Shown piece by piece: positions 1 to 9,083 of a DNA stretch of 64,000 bases (its first letter is position 1; every line of letters starts with the position of its first letter). Under the pieces are notes generated by a model that was not told the DNA's origin, made no database searches, and was given only the letters and a program-made list of their open reading frames with translations. The DNA lies in the IMG/VR virus record IMGVR_UViG_3300032269_001670, positions 1-64,000 of that record. One strand, written 5' to 3'. This DNA is from a virus. Its lineage: Duplodnaviria > Caudoviricetes. A program made the translations under genes and the position numbers.

Positions 1-96
1 AAGACTGCCTGCGTCGCATTCTCGTGGGGAAATCGGCCCTTGACGGCGCAGCAGATGGGCCATATACTACTGATGTGGTAGCTGAAGGAGGTTCCG

Positions 97-381
97 ATGA
101 ATAGCGATTTGCCACTGAATATTGCGGCGATCCGACGCGGATGCACCGAGGTTAACGATGTCATCGCGGCATCGAAGCCAGACAATGGAAGTGAAGAGGC
201 GCGCCGTGCTGTCGCTCCGCTGATTTTCCATCAAGCTGCGGCCAACTTGCGAAATGGCGAGTTTGCAGCACTTGATCCGGAGATTTGGTGGCAAGTTGCC
301 GAGGCGATGCAGTACTCCGTTGACTGGTGGGCTCTTACCGGGGATATGCATGAAGTGATTCCTGGGGGAGATCGCCTGTGA
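97..381 (+). CDS. hypothetical protein
   Basis: 94 aa ORF with upstream AAGGAGG; stop overlaps next start. Confidence 0.6.
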   Translation: MNSDLPLNIAAIRRGCTEVNDVIAASKPDNGSEEARRAVAPLIFHQAAANLRNGEFAALDPEIWWQVAEAMQYSVDWWALTGDMHEVIPGGDRL

Positions 382-626
382 GCAAGCAAAGCGGAGATGC
401 CAGTAAGGAGCTGCGCGCCCAACAGAAAGAGCGCTATGCAAAAGTCTGGCAGTTAATTAAGGAGTCCGGGGTGAAGCGACGATGGGTCGCCATGCATCTT
501 GGTGTATCCTATGGGTATCTGAACCAGGTCCAGTACGGACACGCGCCGATGACGGCGGAGATGCGACGACGACTGTCCGAGTATCTTGGTCTTAGTGAAG
601 CCGAGCTTTTTGGCTCGGAGAAGTGA
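378..626 (+). CDS. XRE/Cro-like HTH DNA-binding protein
   Basis: RWVAMHLGVSYGYLNQVQYG...RRLSEYLGLSEAELF resembles an XRE HTH. Confidence 0.7.
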   Translation: MSKQSGDASKELRAQQKERYAKVWQLIKESGVKRRWVAMHLGVSYGYLNQVQYGHAPMTAEMRRRLSEYLGLSEAELFGSEK

Positions 627-634
627 GGTTAGGA

Positions 635-1282
635 ATGGCTTACGATAACGCACCGAAGAAGAAGTTTGCAGAAGACTACATTGATGTAGCGGAGCGTCTC
701 CGCGCTTGGTACGAAGCATATCCAAACGCCCGAATTGAAACGAGCATCGTTTCGCACACTGATAGCCGCGTGACGGTGAAGGCACTAGCATTTCGTGGCG
801 ACACAAGCGATCCCGATGTTTCTGGAAGGCCGCGACCATACGGCTTTGAGGAGCGCCCCGCAGGTGTTGGCCACTCCTCCATGGCAATCCCAGGCAGCAC
901 GCCATATACTCGCGGCAGCGAGGTGGAGAATTGCGAAACCTCCGCAGTCGGGCGAGCCCTTGTCATGGCCGGTCTTCCATCCAAGAAGGTTGCGTCAAGC
1001 GATGAGATCCGAGCAAAGGGCGGCACAACTGCCAAGCCATCTCCGGCGATGCAAGAACGCGAAAAGCACAAGATTGACGATGAGGCAATTCTTCGCGCAG
1101 CCCAGAGCAACTTTTCTGAGGATGCAGCGCTGCTTGATTGGCGCGATGCCATCAGCGGGGCAGGAAATGCAACTGAACTTGCAGCCGTAGCACAGCAGAT
1201 TGCCGCATCACAGCTTGATGCCGACCAGAAGCGCTATCTGGGTCAGTACTACACCGCACGCAAGTCAGAAATCGGCGCCTAA
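635..1282 (+). CDS. Rad52/Sak-like single-strand annealing protein
   Basis: YIDVAERLRAWYEAYPNARIETS...ENCETSAVGRALVMAG pattern; next to exonuclease and SSB; ATG at 635 after RBS. Confidence 0.7.
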   Translation: MAYDNAPKKKFAEDYIDVAERLRAWYEAYPNARIETSIVSHTDSRVTVKALAFRGDTSDPDVSGRPRPYGFEERPAGVGHSSMAIPGSTPYTRGSEVENCETSAVGRALVMAGLPSKKVASSDEIRAKGGTTAKPSPAMQEREKHKIDDEAILRAAQSNFSEDAALLDWRDAISGAGNATELAAVAQQIAASQLDADQKRYLGQYYTARKSEIGA

Positions 1283-2142
1283 TGCGCGAGCACGTCAGCA
1301 TTAGCGAAATCCGCGAGTTTCAGTCCTGCCCTCTGCGCTGGTGGTACCGGTACGAGAATGGACTATGGACCGAAAAGACGAGCTCGTTCTTCGCGCTCGG
1401 TACTGCGGTACACGCGGGTCTCGCCAACTGGTATGAGCCGATCAATGGGGGCAAGAAGACGGGCGACCTGACGATGCCGCTGAAGCTGTACAAGGCGACG
1501 TTTGCCGATGAGTCTGCCAAGGTCAACTGGGCCGATGAGTCCGACAAGGACCCGATCAGCCAGTCCGCACTTGGCGAAGATATGCTCAAGGCGGCGATCT
1601 TTGAGGGTGACGATTGGACGGCGAAGGCGGTTGAGCGTACGTTCATGGCCGATATCTCCCACAGCCGCCTTGGAAAGCTTCCGATCAAGCTAAAGTCGGT
1701 TCTGGACATGGTGACGAACACCAACGATGTGGTTGAGCACAAGACCGCAACACGAAAGTGGGAAGAAGGCCGAGAGCATGGAGACATTCAAGCGACAGCC
1801 TACGTCTCTGTGGTTCGTCAGAACTACGACCATGATCCGAAAGTGACGTTCAACATCGTCAGCAAGCACTCAAAGGGTCCAAATGTGGACCGACGCACCA
1901 CCACCCGGACGCAAGACGACATCGACCGTCTGTATGTGACGGTTCGGGCGATGCTCGACGCCAAGGAGAAGGGCGCGATTTATCCAAACCCAACCGCGTT
2001 CGCACATGCGACGTGTGAGTTCAGGAAGTTGTGTGACAAGTGGGAATCTCATCCTCAGCCACTGCCGGAAACGGCACGTGGGATGCTTACGGTGCTGCCA
2101 TCCATCCGCCAGTCAGCGCTGACGAAGATGTACGGCGAGTGA
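1282..2142 (+). CDS. PD-(D/E)xK RecB/Cas4-like exonuclease
   Basis: SISEIREFQSCPLRWWYRY, LDMV...VVEHKT, QATAY, C-terminal CEFRKLC. Confidence 0.8.
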   Translation: MREHVSISEIREFQSCPLRWWYRYENGLWTEKTSSFFALGTAVHAGLANWYEPINGGKKTGDLTMPLKLYKATFADESAKVNWADESDKDPISQSALGEDMLKAAIFEGDDWTAKAVERTFMADISHSRLGKLPIKLKSVLDMVTNTNDVVEHKTATRKWEEGREHGDIQATAYVSVVRQNYDHDPKVTFNIVSKHSKGPNVDRRTTTRTQDDIDRLYVTVRAMLDAKEKGAIYPNPTAFAHATCEFRKLCDKWESHPQPLPETARGMLTVLPSIRQSALTKMYGE

Positions 2143-2447
2143 ACGATCTCGTCTGGTGGCGTAAAGAGATCGAATCCGCGAAAAATAAGCAAGGCCGAAT
2201 GGGCGACTTCTACACCGCAATGACCGGCAAGAAGCTTGTTCGCAGCGAGTACGGTCGGATCTTCAAGTTGATGCAATCATTCCCGGGCGGCATCCCGGGG
2301 CTCATGTCCGCGATTTGTGAGGCCGCAATCAGGGACCTCGATGGAGATCCCATCGCGTATGTGCAGAAGTTGGCCGATAGTCCGCGCTGGAAGGCTCCGG
2401 TCGCGGGAAGGAAGAAGGAGAATTACGATGGGATTATCCAGGATTGA
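2139..2447 (+). CDS. hypothetical protein, possibly a replication-initiation partner
   Basis: GTG start overlaps upstream stop; directly precedes the DnaC-like gene. Confidence 0.55.
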   Translation: MNDLVWWRKEIESAKNKQGRMGDFYTAMTGKKLVRSEYGRIFKLMQSFPGGIPGLMSAICEAAIRDLDGDPIAYVQKLADSPRWKAPVAGRKKENYDGIIQD

Positions 2448-3099
2448 CCCAAACGTTGATTTCGCGGTGATTATGACCCCAGAAGGGGCCGTGATGCGCC
2501 GGAATGACGAGCCACCTGCCCCGGAGGTTGCAGAACAGCGTCTAGAAAAGGCCGGTGTGGCACCTCGGTATGCAAGTGCGTCGTTTGCAATGCTGAAAGA
2601 GCTCCCAGAGGCCAAAACGGCGGTAAAAGTTGCCACAGAGTGGGCAGATGCACCGCTCACGGACCGGGGATTCTTCTTTGTTGGCACGCCGGGGGTTGGA
2701 AAGACCTACTTGGCGGTCGCGGCATTGCGAAAGAAGGTTGAAGCGGGCCTGTTGAACGCAAAATTCATCAATGTGCCGCTCTTTTTGGACAAGATTCGCA
2801 CCTCGTTCAAGTTTTCGGACGATTCTGCTCAGGCAGAGTTTGATTTCTTGTGCAATCGGGCCTCACTCGTCGTTTTGGACGACTTTGGCAAGGAGCGCGC
2901 GACTGATTGGGCGACCGAACGGCTCTATGTGCTTGTCGAAAGCCGCTATTCCAAGATGTTGCCGGTCATTGTGACGTCAAATCGGACGCTGGATGAGCTG
3001 AATGACCTTGGATACGGTGCAACGGTGTCACGTTTGACCGAAATGTGCACGGTTGTCAAGGTTGGCGGGTCAGATTTGCGGCCAAAGTTGCGCGTATGA
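2428..3099 (+). CDS. DnaC/IstB-like AAA+ helicase loader
   Basis: Walker A GTPGVGKT, Walker B LVVLDDFGKE, IVTSN, SRL motifs. Confidence 0.85.
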   Translation: MGLSRIDPNVDFAVIMTPEGAVMRRNDEPPAPEVAEQRLEKAGVAPRYASASFAMLKELPEAKTAVKVATEWADAPLTDRGFFFVGTPGVGKTYLAVAALRKKVEAGLLNAKFINVPLFLDKIRTSFKFSDDSAQAEFDFLCNRASLVVLDDFGKERATDWATERLYVLVESRYSKMLPVIVTSNRTLDELNDLGYGATVSRLTEMCTVVKVGGSDLRPKLRV

Positions 3100-3485
3100 C
3101 CGAACGCTCGGTTGCTGCACCACTCGAACTGACGCTGATTGGGCGTCCACCGAGCTGGAATGCGGCGTATCGGGCGCGAAAGTCATACATTTTCATGACG
3201 CGCGAGGCAAAAAGTTGGAAAAAGCTGACGACGATCCTCGCGCAAACGGCAGCAGCGGACCAGCAGTGGAGTTGCGGCCGTGATACAATGCTCGTCGTCG
3301 ACGTATGGATCTACGTGAAGCGTGCGATTGACGCCGACAACATCTTGAAGCTCACGCTCGACGCAGTTGCGGCGGGTATCGGGATCAATGATGCACGGTT
3401 CCTGCCAAGGGTGTGGGAGCTGAGGAAGAAGTGCGATGAAGAAAAGATCGTACTGAAGATTACGGAGGTAGAATACGATGATTAA
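3096..3485 (+). CDS. RusA-like Holliday junction resolvase
   Basis: PPSWNAAY...DADNILKLTLDAV...INDARF. Confidence 0.75.
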   Translation: MTERSVAAPLELTLIGRPPSWNAAYRARKSYIFMTREAKSWKKLTTILAQTAAADQQWSCGRDTMLVVDVWIYVKRAIDADNILKLTLDAVAAGIGINDARFLPRVWELRKKCDEEKIVLKITEVEYDD

Positions 3486-3861
3486 GGTTCAGTTGATTGG
3501 TAATGTTGGATCAAATCCGACGGTTCGAATGACACAGAAGGGGCGCCAGGTCGCCAACTTCAATGTCGCAGTACACGGTGCAAAGGATGCAAACGGAGAA
3601 GAGAAGTCGACGTGGTATCCCATCTCTTGCTGGGACGGCCGGGCAGAGCTCGCCGATAAGATCGTCAAGAAGGGCGACCTTATTTGGATCGAGGGCACGC
3701 CGGATATCTCAACGTGGACCGACAAGAACGATGTCGAGCACGTAGAGATTGCTATCACCGCAAAGTTTATTCAGGTCCTGCGTCGCAGCTCCAAGGGAAC
3801 CGAGGAGTCCGCTCCGGTTTCCGGCGCAATGCAGCAGTCGCTTGAGGAGCTCCCGTTCTAA
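3478..3861 (+). CDS. ssb: single-stranded DNA-binding protein
   Basis: VQLIGNVGSNP, KKGDLIWIEG, acidic tail ending ELPF. Confidence 0.9.
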   Translation: MIKVQLIGNVGSNPTVRMTQKGRQVANFNVAVHGAKDANGEEKSTWYPISCWDGRAELADKIVKKGDLIWIEGTPDISTWTDKNDVEHVEIAITAKFIQVLRRSSKGTEESAPVSGAMQQSLEELPF

Positions 3862-4082
3862 TGACACAAGAACTTGATCTTCCCAAGCTGTCCGCCGATA
3901 TCGATAAGGCGCTAAGCCTGCCCAGTGGTCCGGAAAAGGAGAAGCTCTCCAATGAGGTTTTGCAGACCCTTTCCTCTCTCATCTCGGCAATGTCGAAAAT
4001 TGCGGAAAAGATCGGCACACCCGTGGACTCAACCTCACACAAGGTTGGTACACGCAGTGCTGGACGCTCCAAGGTGAACTAG
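3861..4082 (+). CDS. hypothetical protein
   Basis: 73 aa ORF, start overlaps ssb stop. Confidence 0.5.
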   Translation: MTQELDLPKLSADIDKALSLPSGPEKEKLSNEVLQTLSSLISAMSKIAEKIGTPVDSTSHKVGTRSAGRSKVN

Positions 4083-4215
4083 CCTATCATTGCGCCCCCC
4101 ACTCACTCCGGCGTAAAATTTTTAAGAAATTTGGCGTAGGGGCTGGGGAGTCAATCACCTTTGCAGAGGGGTTGGAGAAATCCAGCCCCTCTCGCCGTCT
4201 TACAAGGAGCCCACG

Positions 4216-4521
4216 ATGAGCAATGCAGTATCCCCGTTGAACATTCCGGATGAACTACGTAAGGGTCCAACGATCCTCGACTTCTATGCTGATTGGTGCC
4301 AGCCTTGTAAGGCCATCAGTAAAGAGCTTGAGCGACTCAAGACACTGCAGCCACGTGTGAACATCGTCAAGATCAACGTTGACAACCATCAATCGCTGGT
4401 GCAATCCTATGAGATCAAGAGCATTCCCTTTGTCCTCTACTACGAAACAGCGGGAACCGCACCAAAGCAGCTCACCGGCTTCGTCAAAGCAGAAGAGATG
4501 ATCCGCCGTTTTGGCCTTTGA
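4216..4521 (+). CDS. thioredoxin
   Basis: LDFYADWCQPCK (CxxC), KINVD, IKSIP; RBS AAGGAG. Confidence 0.9.
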   Translation: MSNAVSPLNIPDELRKGPTILDFYADWCQPCKAISKELERLKTLQPRVNIVKINVDNHQSLVQSYEIKSIPFVLYYETAGTAPKQLTGFVKAEEMIRRFGL

Positions 4522-4583
4522 GGAGAGGGATTATCCAATCCCCGCCCAAACTCCGCTCTGCGTGGCTCCTAGGGGCATCTACG

Positions 4584-4659
4584 GGGGGTGTAGCTCAACG
4601 GTTAGAGCACTGAGCTTATATCTCAGCGGCTCCTGGTTCGAGTCCAGGCTCCCCCACCA
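4584..4659 (+). tRNA. tRNA-Ile (anticodon UAU)
   Basis: Cloverleaf: anticodon stem CTGAG/CTCAG, loop CT-TAT-AT (TAT at 4617-4619), T arm CCTGG-TTCGAGT-CCAGG, encoded CCA. Confidence 0.9.
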
Positions 4660-4796
4660 CCAATCTGCTATGCTTTTGCCAGCACGCTGGACCTGAAAGG
4701 TATTGCTCCCTATTTTCATGTCGGGGGGTGACCATATCGGGCCTTTAAGCGTCAGCGCTGCCCCTTGCGGGTTGGTCCAGGTGCTATACTCTCCCT

Positions 4797-5192
4797 ATGA
4801 AGTCTGTCTCACGCTTTATGCACTACGTCGAAATCAACCAGGCCAACGGCTGCTGGGAGTGGACCGGCGCCTTTGACCGGAGTGGGTATGGTGCATTCAA
4901 GGATCAGGGCAAAAAAATAAATTCGCACCGGTGGAGCTACCGTCATTTTAAGGGCGAGCCACCGAAGGGGTTGGACATCGATCACCTCTGTCGCATCAGG
5001 AAGTGTGTCAGCCCAGAGCATCTAGAGGCAGTCACGCGAAAAGTCAACGTCCAGCGTGGTCTTGCTGCGCAGGAGCGAAAAACCCACTGCATTCATGGAC
5101 ACGAATATACGCCAGAGAATACGTACCGATATCCGAGTGGCGGACGTGAGTGTCGGACGTGCAAGTATGATGGTGGACGCATTCCGGAGTAG
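4797..5192 (+). CDS. HNH homing endonuclease-like protein
   Basis: CWEWTG...SHRWSY...IDHLCRIRKCVSPEHLEAVT..N, C-terminal THCIHGHEYTPENTY..CRTC; TGn-TATACT 6 nt before ATG (leaderless). Confidence 0.85.
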   Translation: MKSVSRFMHYVEINQANGCWEWTGAFDRSGYGAFKDQGKKINSHRWSYRHFKGEPPKGLDIDHLCRIRKCVSPEHLEAVTRKVNVQRGLAAQERKTHCIHGHEYTPENTYRYPSGGRECRTCKYDGGRIPE

Positions 5193-5257
5193 CTCAGTGG
5201 TAGAGCGGGCGACTGTTAATCGCCTGGTCGTAGGTTCGAGCCCTACCTCCGGAGCCA
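5183..5257 (+). tRNA. tRNA-Asn (GUU)
   Basis: TCCGGAG/CTCCGGA acceptor stem, CT-GTT-AA anticodon loop, GGTTCGAG T arm, encoded CCA. Confidence 0.95.
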
Positions 5258-5502
5258 CGTTGTGCGTGATCCCGAGTCACCTCCGGAGTCACGCCCGGGA
5301 GTGATAGAAGGATAGAGTGAAGGAAGGATTGAATAAAAGAGTGATGGAAGGATTTAGGTATTTTAAAAAAATCCAGGCCAGGCGTTGCCCTTTGCTGTTT
5401 TTGTGGGGAGAGGGGTTGAGGGGATCTGGTGAAATGTTGAACTCTGCGCAGCGCTGACCCCGCCCGGCCACCTCGACGAACGGTCAAGGGGGTTGAGGCA
5501 AC

Positions 5503-5538
5503 AAGAAGCCCCACCCCCCGTAGGGGGCGGGGCTGCTT
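5503..5538 (-). terminator. intrinsic terminator (cassette A)
   Basis: GC-rich stem, UACG loop, U-rich tail on minus strand, about 20 nt past the ORF stop. Confidence 0.75.
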
Positions 5539-5556
5539 GGTTCCGAGCTTCTCGGT

Positions 5557-5778
5557 CTAGTTGCTCAGGTGGAGACCGATCTCCTCGCCTACGATCCACG
5601 CCGCTACGAAGAGACCGAAGCCAGCGAACCCGCCAACAATCGCCATACCTGGACTCACCCAAAATCCGGTGCCGCCGACCACTACGCCGAACCCGCCGTC
5701 GTAGCCGAACGCCCCACCGAGGACGATAGCCCCGAGCGCAATCGTTGCCACCATCAGAGCTTGTGCTGCCTTGCTCAT
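5557..5778 (-). CDS. small Gly-rich membrane protein
   Basis: 73 aa with 2-3 hydrophobic segments; own promoter, RBS GAAGGGAG and terminator. Confidence 0.75.
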   Translation of the reverse strand: MSKAAQALMVATIALGAIVLGGAFGYDGGFGVVVGGTGFWVSPGMAIVGGFAGFGLFVAAWIVGEEIGLHLSN

Positions 5779-5828
5779 TTCGTTTCTCCCTTCGTCGGTT
5801 CGGGTCTGTGCCTACCCCCGACACATAG

Positions 5829-5856
5829 AGAATAGCGCAACCACGGCAGGAGTCAA
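5829..5856 (-). promoter_or_regulatory. sigma70-type promoter
   Basis: TTGACT-N16-TATTCT. Confidence 0.7.
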
Positions 5857-5917
5857 GAGGTAAGCTCAGGCGAGGCCGACCCCGACCGCTGCCCTCAACC
5901 GGTGCCTACCTACCCAT

Positions 5918-6012
5918 TAGTTCGTGGGGTCAGGGGTAGCGCGCGAGTAATGAATGAATGATGAATGATGAATGAGTGATGAAATGGGGTATGGGGTGAA
6001 GGGGTAAGGGGT
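5918..6012 (+). repeat. spacer: TAGTTCGTGGGG, (TGAA/TGA)n and four GGGG tracts
   Basis: GGGGTATGGGGTGAAGGGGTAAGGGG at 5986-6011. Confidence 0.9.
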
Positions 6013-6039
6013 GAATCAGAAAAATCGATGAACGGGCAA

Positions 6040-6073
6040 CAAGAAACCCGCCCCCGAAGGAGCGGGTTTCTTG
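6040..6073 (-). terminator. intrinsic terminator (cassette B)
   Basis: AAGAAACCCGC..CCGAAGG..GCGGGTTTCTT; cUUCGg loop on minus strand. Confidence 0.85.
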
Positions 6074-6090
6074 CGCCCGAAGGCTACCGA

Positions 6091-6555
6091 CTAGCAGCCG
6101 CGCTGCGGCTCCATCTTGACCTGCTCCTCTCCTGCGATGAGCCACGACACGAGCCGAGTCAGGTTCACGCCACGATGCGCGTGGAACGAGGCGCGCTTCA
6201 CACACGCCGACCCTTCCTTCCCCGCGTACTCGCAGAAGGTCGTGATGCCGTACTCAACAGGAGCCGAGATCACCAACGAGAGCGAAGGATCGCCAGCCTT
6301 GCTCAACCAGACACCGAGGGCGTGCTCGTCGCGGTTGATCTGCCCAGCCACGCGAACCAGTACCGAACCCGACTCAGCGACCGCCTCAGTCTTTACCCGA
6401 CCGAGAGCCTTGTGGTCAGCCTGCCGCCTCGAAGCAGAGGCAACGCGGCGAGCGCGCTCCTTCTCCGTGGTCGGCTTCGTCCAGTAGGTCAGAACGACGA
6501 CCTTCCCACCGGACTTCTTGGCGGCTTCCAGACCCTCTTCGTAGGTCATTCCCAT
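6091..6555 (-). CDS. hypothetical protein, paralog of 10152-10643
   Basis: 154 aa from ATG at 6555; C-x9-C-x6-H-x-H; ends in GC. Confidence 0.8.
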   Translation of the reverse strand: MGMTYEEGLEAAKKSGGKVVVLTYWTKPTTEKERARRVASASRRQADHKALGRVKTEAVAESGSVLVRVAGQINRDEHALGVWLSKAGDPSLSLVISAPVEYGITTFCEYAGKEGSACVKRASFHAHRGVNLTRLVSWLIAGEEQVKMEPQRGC

Positions 6556-6612
6556 TTGGTACTCCCTGTCGGGCGGTTGCCTAGCGGCTCCCTCTATGCT
6601 CCCGACACAAGA

Positions 6613-6641
6613 AAGATACACCCACCGAAGCCAGAGCGCAA
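6613..6641 (-). promoter_or_regulatory. sigma70-type promoter
   Basis: TTGCGC-N17-TATCTT. Confidence 0.7.
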
Positions 6642-6699
6642 GCCCGACCCATCAGGCGCAACGCTGCCCGCTCATCGACATTGCCCGCCTTTGGCCCTT

Positions 6700-6961
6700 T
6701 GTTCTTGGGGTGAGGGGTAATGATGATGATGAATGATGAATGATGATGAATGATGAATGAGGGCTGAAAAAGAAGCTCCGCGCTCATTGACCGAGTCTCG
6801 ACAGAGCAGCCCGAAGGTTGACTCTTGCCGGACAACGAGTCGTAGTTCTTGGGGTCAGGGGTAAATGGTGGGGTAAGGGGTAAGGGGTAGATGATGAATG
6901 ATGAACGATGATGATGATGTCGATGAACGGGCAGCGATGGGGTAAGGGGTGGGGGCAGGGG
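6700..6961 (+). repeat. double spacer with G-tracts and TGA microsatellites
   Basis: (TGA/TGAA)n at 6721-6759 and 6891-6927; five GGGG at 6851-6887; four G-tracts at 6939-6961. Confidence 0.9.
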
Positions 6962-6991
6962 TGAAGGCCTTCACGATGACCAGACACAACC

Positions 6992-7032
6992 CAACAAGAA
7001 ACCCGCCCCCCGAAGGGAGCGGGTTCCTGTTG
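6992..7032 (-). terminator. intrinsic terminator (cassette C)
   Basis: Near copy of the 6040-6073 terminator. Confidence 0.85.
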
Positions 7033-7050
7033 CCCGAGGCTCGACGAAGG

Positions 7051-7545
7051 CTAGCCCGTGATGATGGCACCCTTCCTGCGGTTCTCAATGCCCAACGCCC
7101 ACGCCAGATCGCCGTAGCGAGTCCGAGCGTCAGCGAGCATCTGAAGATCCTCTGGGCGCTGCTCCCAGAGCGCAACGATGGTGCGGCGTGCCGACTCGGT
7201 GAGGTCTCCGAACTCCTCTTCGTCGTAGCCCGTCGAGTAGTGGGCAGCGTCATCTACCAACTCGCGGAACTCTGCTGGATTCATCACCAAAACCACCCAA
7301 CCCTCGTTGGTGCCGTTCGTTGACCGAATCTCGACGGAGACGAAGTCAAGGTCGCGGCTCGTGTGGTCGTCCCAGAAGCGACCCGAAACCACGAGAGCCT
7401 TCGCAGCCTTGCCAAGCGTGCGGATAGCAGCATTCGCAGCGGCGTGCTCCTCGTCAGTGATGGAGAGCAGGACGGAGCGGACGATTGCCCGCACCTCGAC
7501 GAGACGCTTCTCGTTGCTCTCACTGCTGAACGGATTTCCGTCCAT
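7051..7545 (-). CDS. hypothetical protein
   Basis: 164 aa; RBS GAAAGGGG; own promoter and terminator. Confidence 0.75.
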   Translation of the reverse strand: MDGNPFSSESNEKRLVEVRAIVRSVLLSITDEEHAAANAAIRTLGKAAKALVVSGRFWDDHTSRDLDFVSVEIRSTNGTNEGWVVLVMNPAEFRELVDDAAHYSTGYDEEEFGDLTESARRTIVALWEQRPEDLQMLADARTRYGDLAWALGIENRRKGAIITG

Positions 7546-7596
7546 TGTGTACCCCTTTCGTCAGGGCGGGTCTGTGCCGACAACCCCAACACCGAA

Positions 7597-7625
7597 AGAC
7601 TACATCGACAGACGGGCAGCGTCAA
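7597..7625 (-). promoter_or_regulatory. sigma70-type promoter
   Basis: TTGACG-N17-TAGTCT. Confidence 0.75.
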
Positions 7626-7667
7626 ACCCGACGCACCAGACGCAACGACCGAACCACCTATGAAGTC

Positions 7668-7915
7668 GTAGTCCTTGGGGATAGGGGTACGCCCGAAGTA
7701 ATGGCCTGATGATGATGACCTGATGATGATGACCTGATGAATGAGAACTGATGAATGATGACCGCTACCGGTGCTGAGATTCTCAAAGCTACACAAGAAA
7801 CGACCCCGTAGGAACGACGGAGAGGCACGGAAACGAGTAGGCCTATACCAGAACACCTAGAAGTTTTGGGGTAAGGGGTACGGGGTAAGGCCTAAGGGGT
7901 GAGGGGTAATGAGTG
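7668..7915 (+). repeat. double spacer with G-tracts and TGA repeats
   Basis: (TGATGATGACC)x2 and TGAA repeats at 7706-7760; five GGGG at 7868-7906. Confidence 0.9.
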
Positions 7916-7921
7916 AGGCCA

Positions 7922-7960
7922 TAAAGAAACCACCCCCACCCCGAAGGGTGAGGGTGGCCT
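7922..7960 (-). terminator. intrinsic terminator (cassette D)
   Basis: CCACCC..CACCCGAAGGGTG..GGGTGG with TTTCTTT tail on minus strand. Confidence 0.8.
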
Positions 7961-7983
7961 CAGTTGCCCCCAGCCGGAGAGGA

Positions 7984-8340
7984 CTACCTCTCAAAGTGTG
8001 TCGGCCAGACCTTTCGTGGCTCCTCTACGGCTACGACGAAGGCCAACGGCTTCCCGTCCAACTCAACCCACGAGCCGTTCAGGCCAGCAACACCGGCTTC
8101 GGTCATCACCTCAACAGCCCAAGCAGGAGCGTCCTCGGAAGAGTCGGACTCAGGGCCGAACTCACGAACCGAGTCAATCTCAAGCACCGCGCCGATTGCC
8201 TGAATCATTCCGCGCACGGTGGGCATCACATCACCAAAGGTGTCGGCCTCGGTTTCGTCATACGACCACCCGCTCGCCAGATTGACCCGCTGACCGCTAC
8301 CGGTGTCGGGCTTTGGTACGAAGACCAAGAAACGCCACAT
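7984..8340 (-). CDS. hypothetical acidic protein
   Basis: 118 aa; RBS GAAAGGGG; own promoter and terminator. Confidence 0.75.
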   Translation of the reverse strand: MWRFLVFVPKPDTGSGQRVNLASGWSYDETEADTFGDVMPTVRGMIQAIGAVLEIDSVREFGPESDSSEDAPAWAVEVMTEAGVAGLNGSWVELDGKPLAFVVAVEEPRKVWPTHFER

Positions 8341-8390
8341 AGCGTTCCCCTTTCTGTGCTACTCGGCCGAGCATAGCGTCCGAGGAGTTG

Positions 8391-8419
8391 AGTGTAGCCG
8401 GTGGTGGGCAACAGCGCAA
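8391..8419 (-). promoter_or_regulatory. sigma70-type promoter
   Basis: TTGCGC-N17-TACACT. Confidence 0.75.
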
Positions 8420-8460
8420 GCGAACGCTGACCGAGTCCAGGAATCTATTCTTTAGGTTGT

Positions 8461-8662
8461 TAGTTCTTGGGGCTAGGGGTAATGGGGTATGGGGTAATGA
8501 ATGATGAATGATGACTGATGATGCTGGACTAATGAATGATGACCGCGACCGGCCACAACCAAGAGCGCGCAGCTCGACGCGAACCATTGACCCTGAGCCG
8601 GTATTGGGGCAACGGGGTATGGGGTCAGGGGTCGGTGGGGGTCAGGGGTGAATGATGAATGA
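8461..8662 (+). repeat. double spacer with G-tracts and TGA repeats
   Basis: TAGTTCTTGGGG; four GGGG at 8469-8494; six G-tracts at 8606-8648. Confidence 0.9.
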
Positions 8663-8668
8663 ACGGAT

Positions 8669-8706
8669 AAAGAAGAAGCCCCACCCCCGAAGGGGCAGGG
8701 CTTCAT
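8669..8706 (-). terminator. intrinsic terminator (cassette E)
   Basis: GAAGCCC..CCCCGAAGGGG..GGGCTTC; UUCG loop. Confidence 0.85.
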
Positions 8707-8728
8707 TGACCGCTACCGGCCGCGTCGT

Positions 8729-9040
8729 TCAGTTGTCGAGGTCATCACCGAACTGGTAGCCGCACGGCTCGCAGTAGTCGCCCGACCAGCCAGCCATCGC
8801 GTCGCACTTGGGGCAAACGCCCGAGGTGCTCATCTCGGTACAATCGACCCAGGCTGAACGCTCGTCATCGAGCAGGAACTCCCGCGCATCGTCGGCGGTG
8901 TCGGCGTTGTACGCCGCCAACTCCGAAGCCAGCGCAATCAGGGCTGCCGTTGCCTCTGACCGGCCAGCGTGCCACGAGCGGTGCGTCTCGTTCTCCCAGA
9001 CCACCTCGACCAGCCAGAGCGTCTTCTCCGTGTCCGTCAT
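8729..9040 (-). CDS. hypothetical protein with C-terminal zinc ribbon
   Basis: 103 aa from ATG at 9040; CPKC-x9-CEPC. Confidence 0.75.
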   Translation of the reverse strand: MTDTEKTLWLVEVVWENETHRSWHAGRSEATAALIALASELAAYNADTADDAREFLLDDERSAWVDCTEMSTSGVCPKCDAMAGWSGDYCEPCGYQFGDDLDN

Positions 9041-9083
9041 TTCTGTTCTCCTCTCTGTACTACCGGCAACTGCCGGCACCCGA

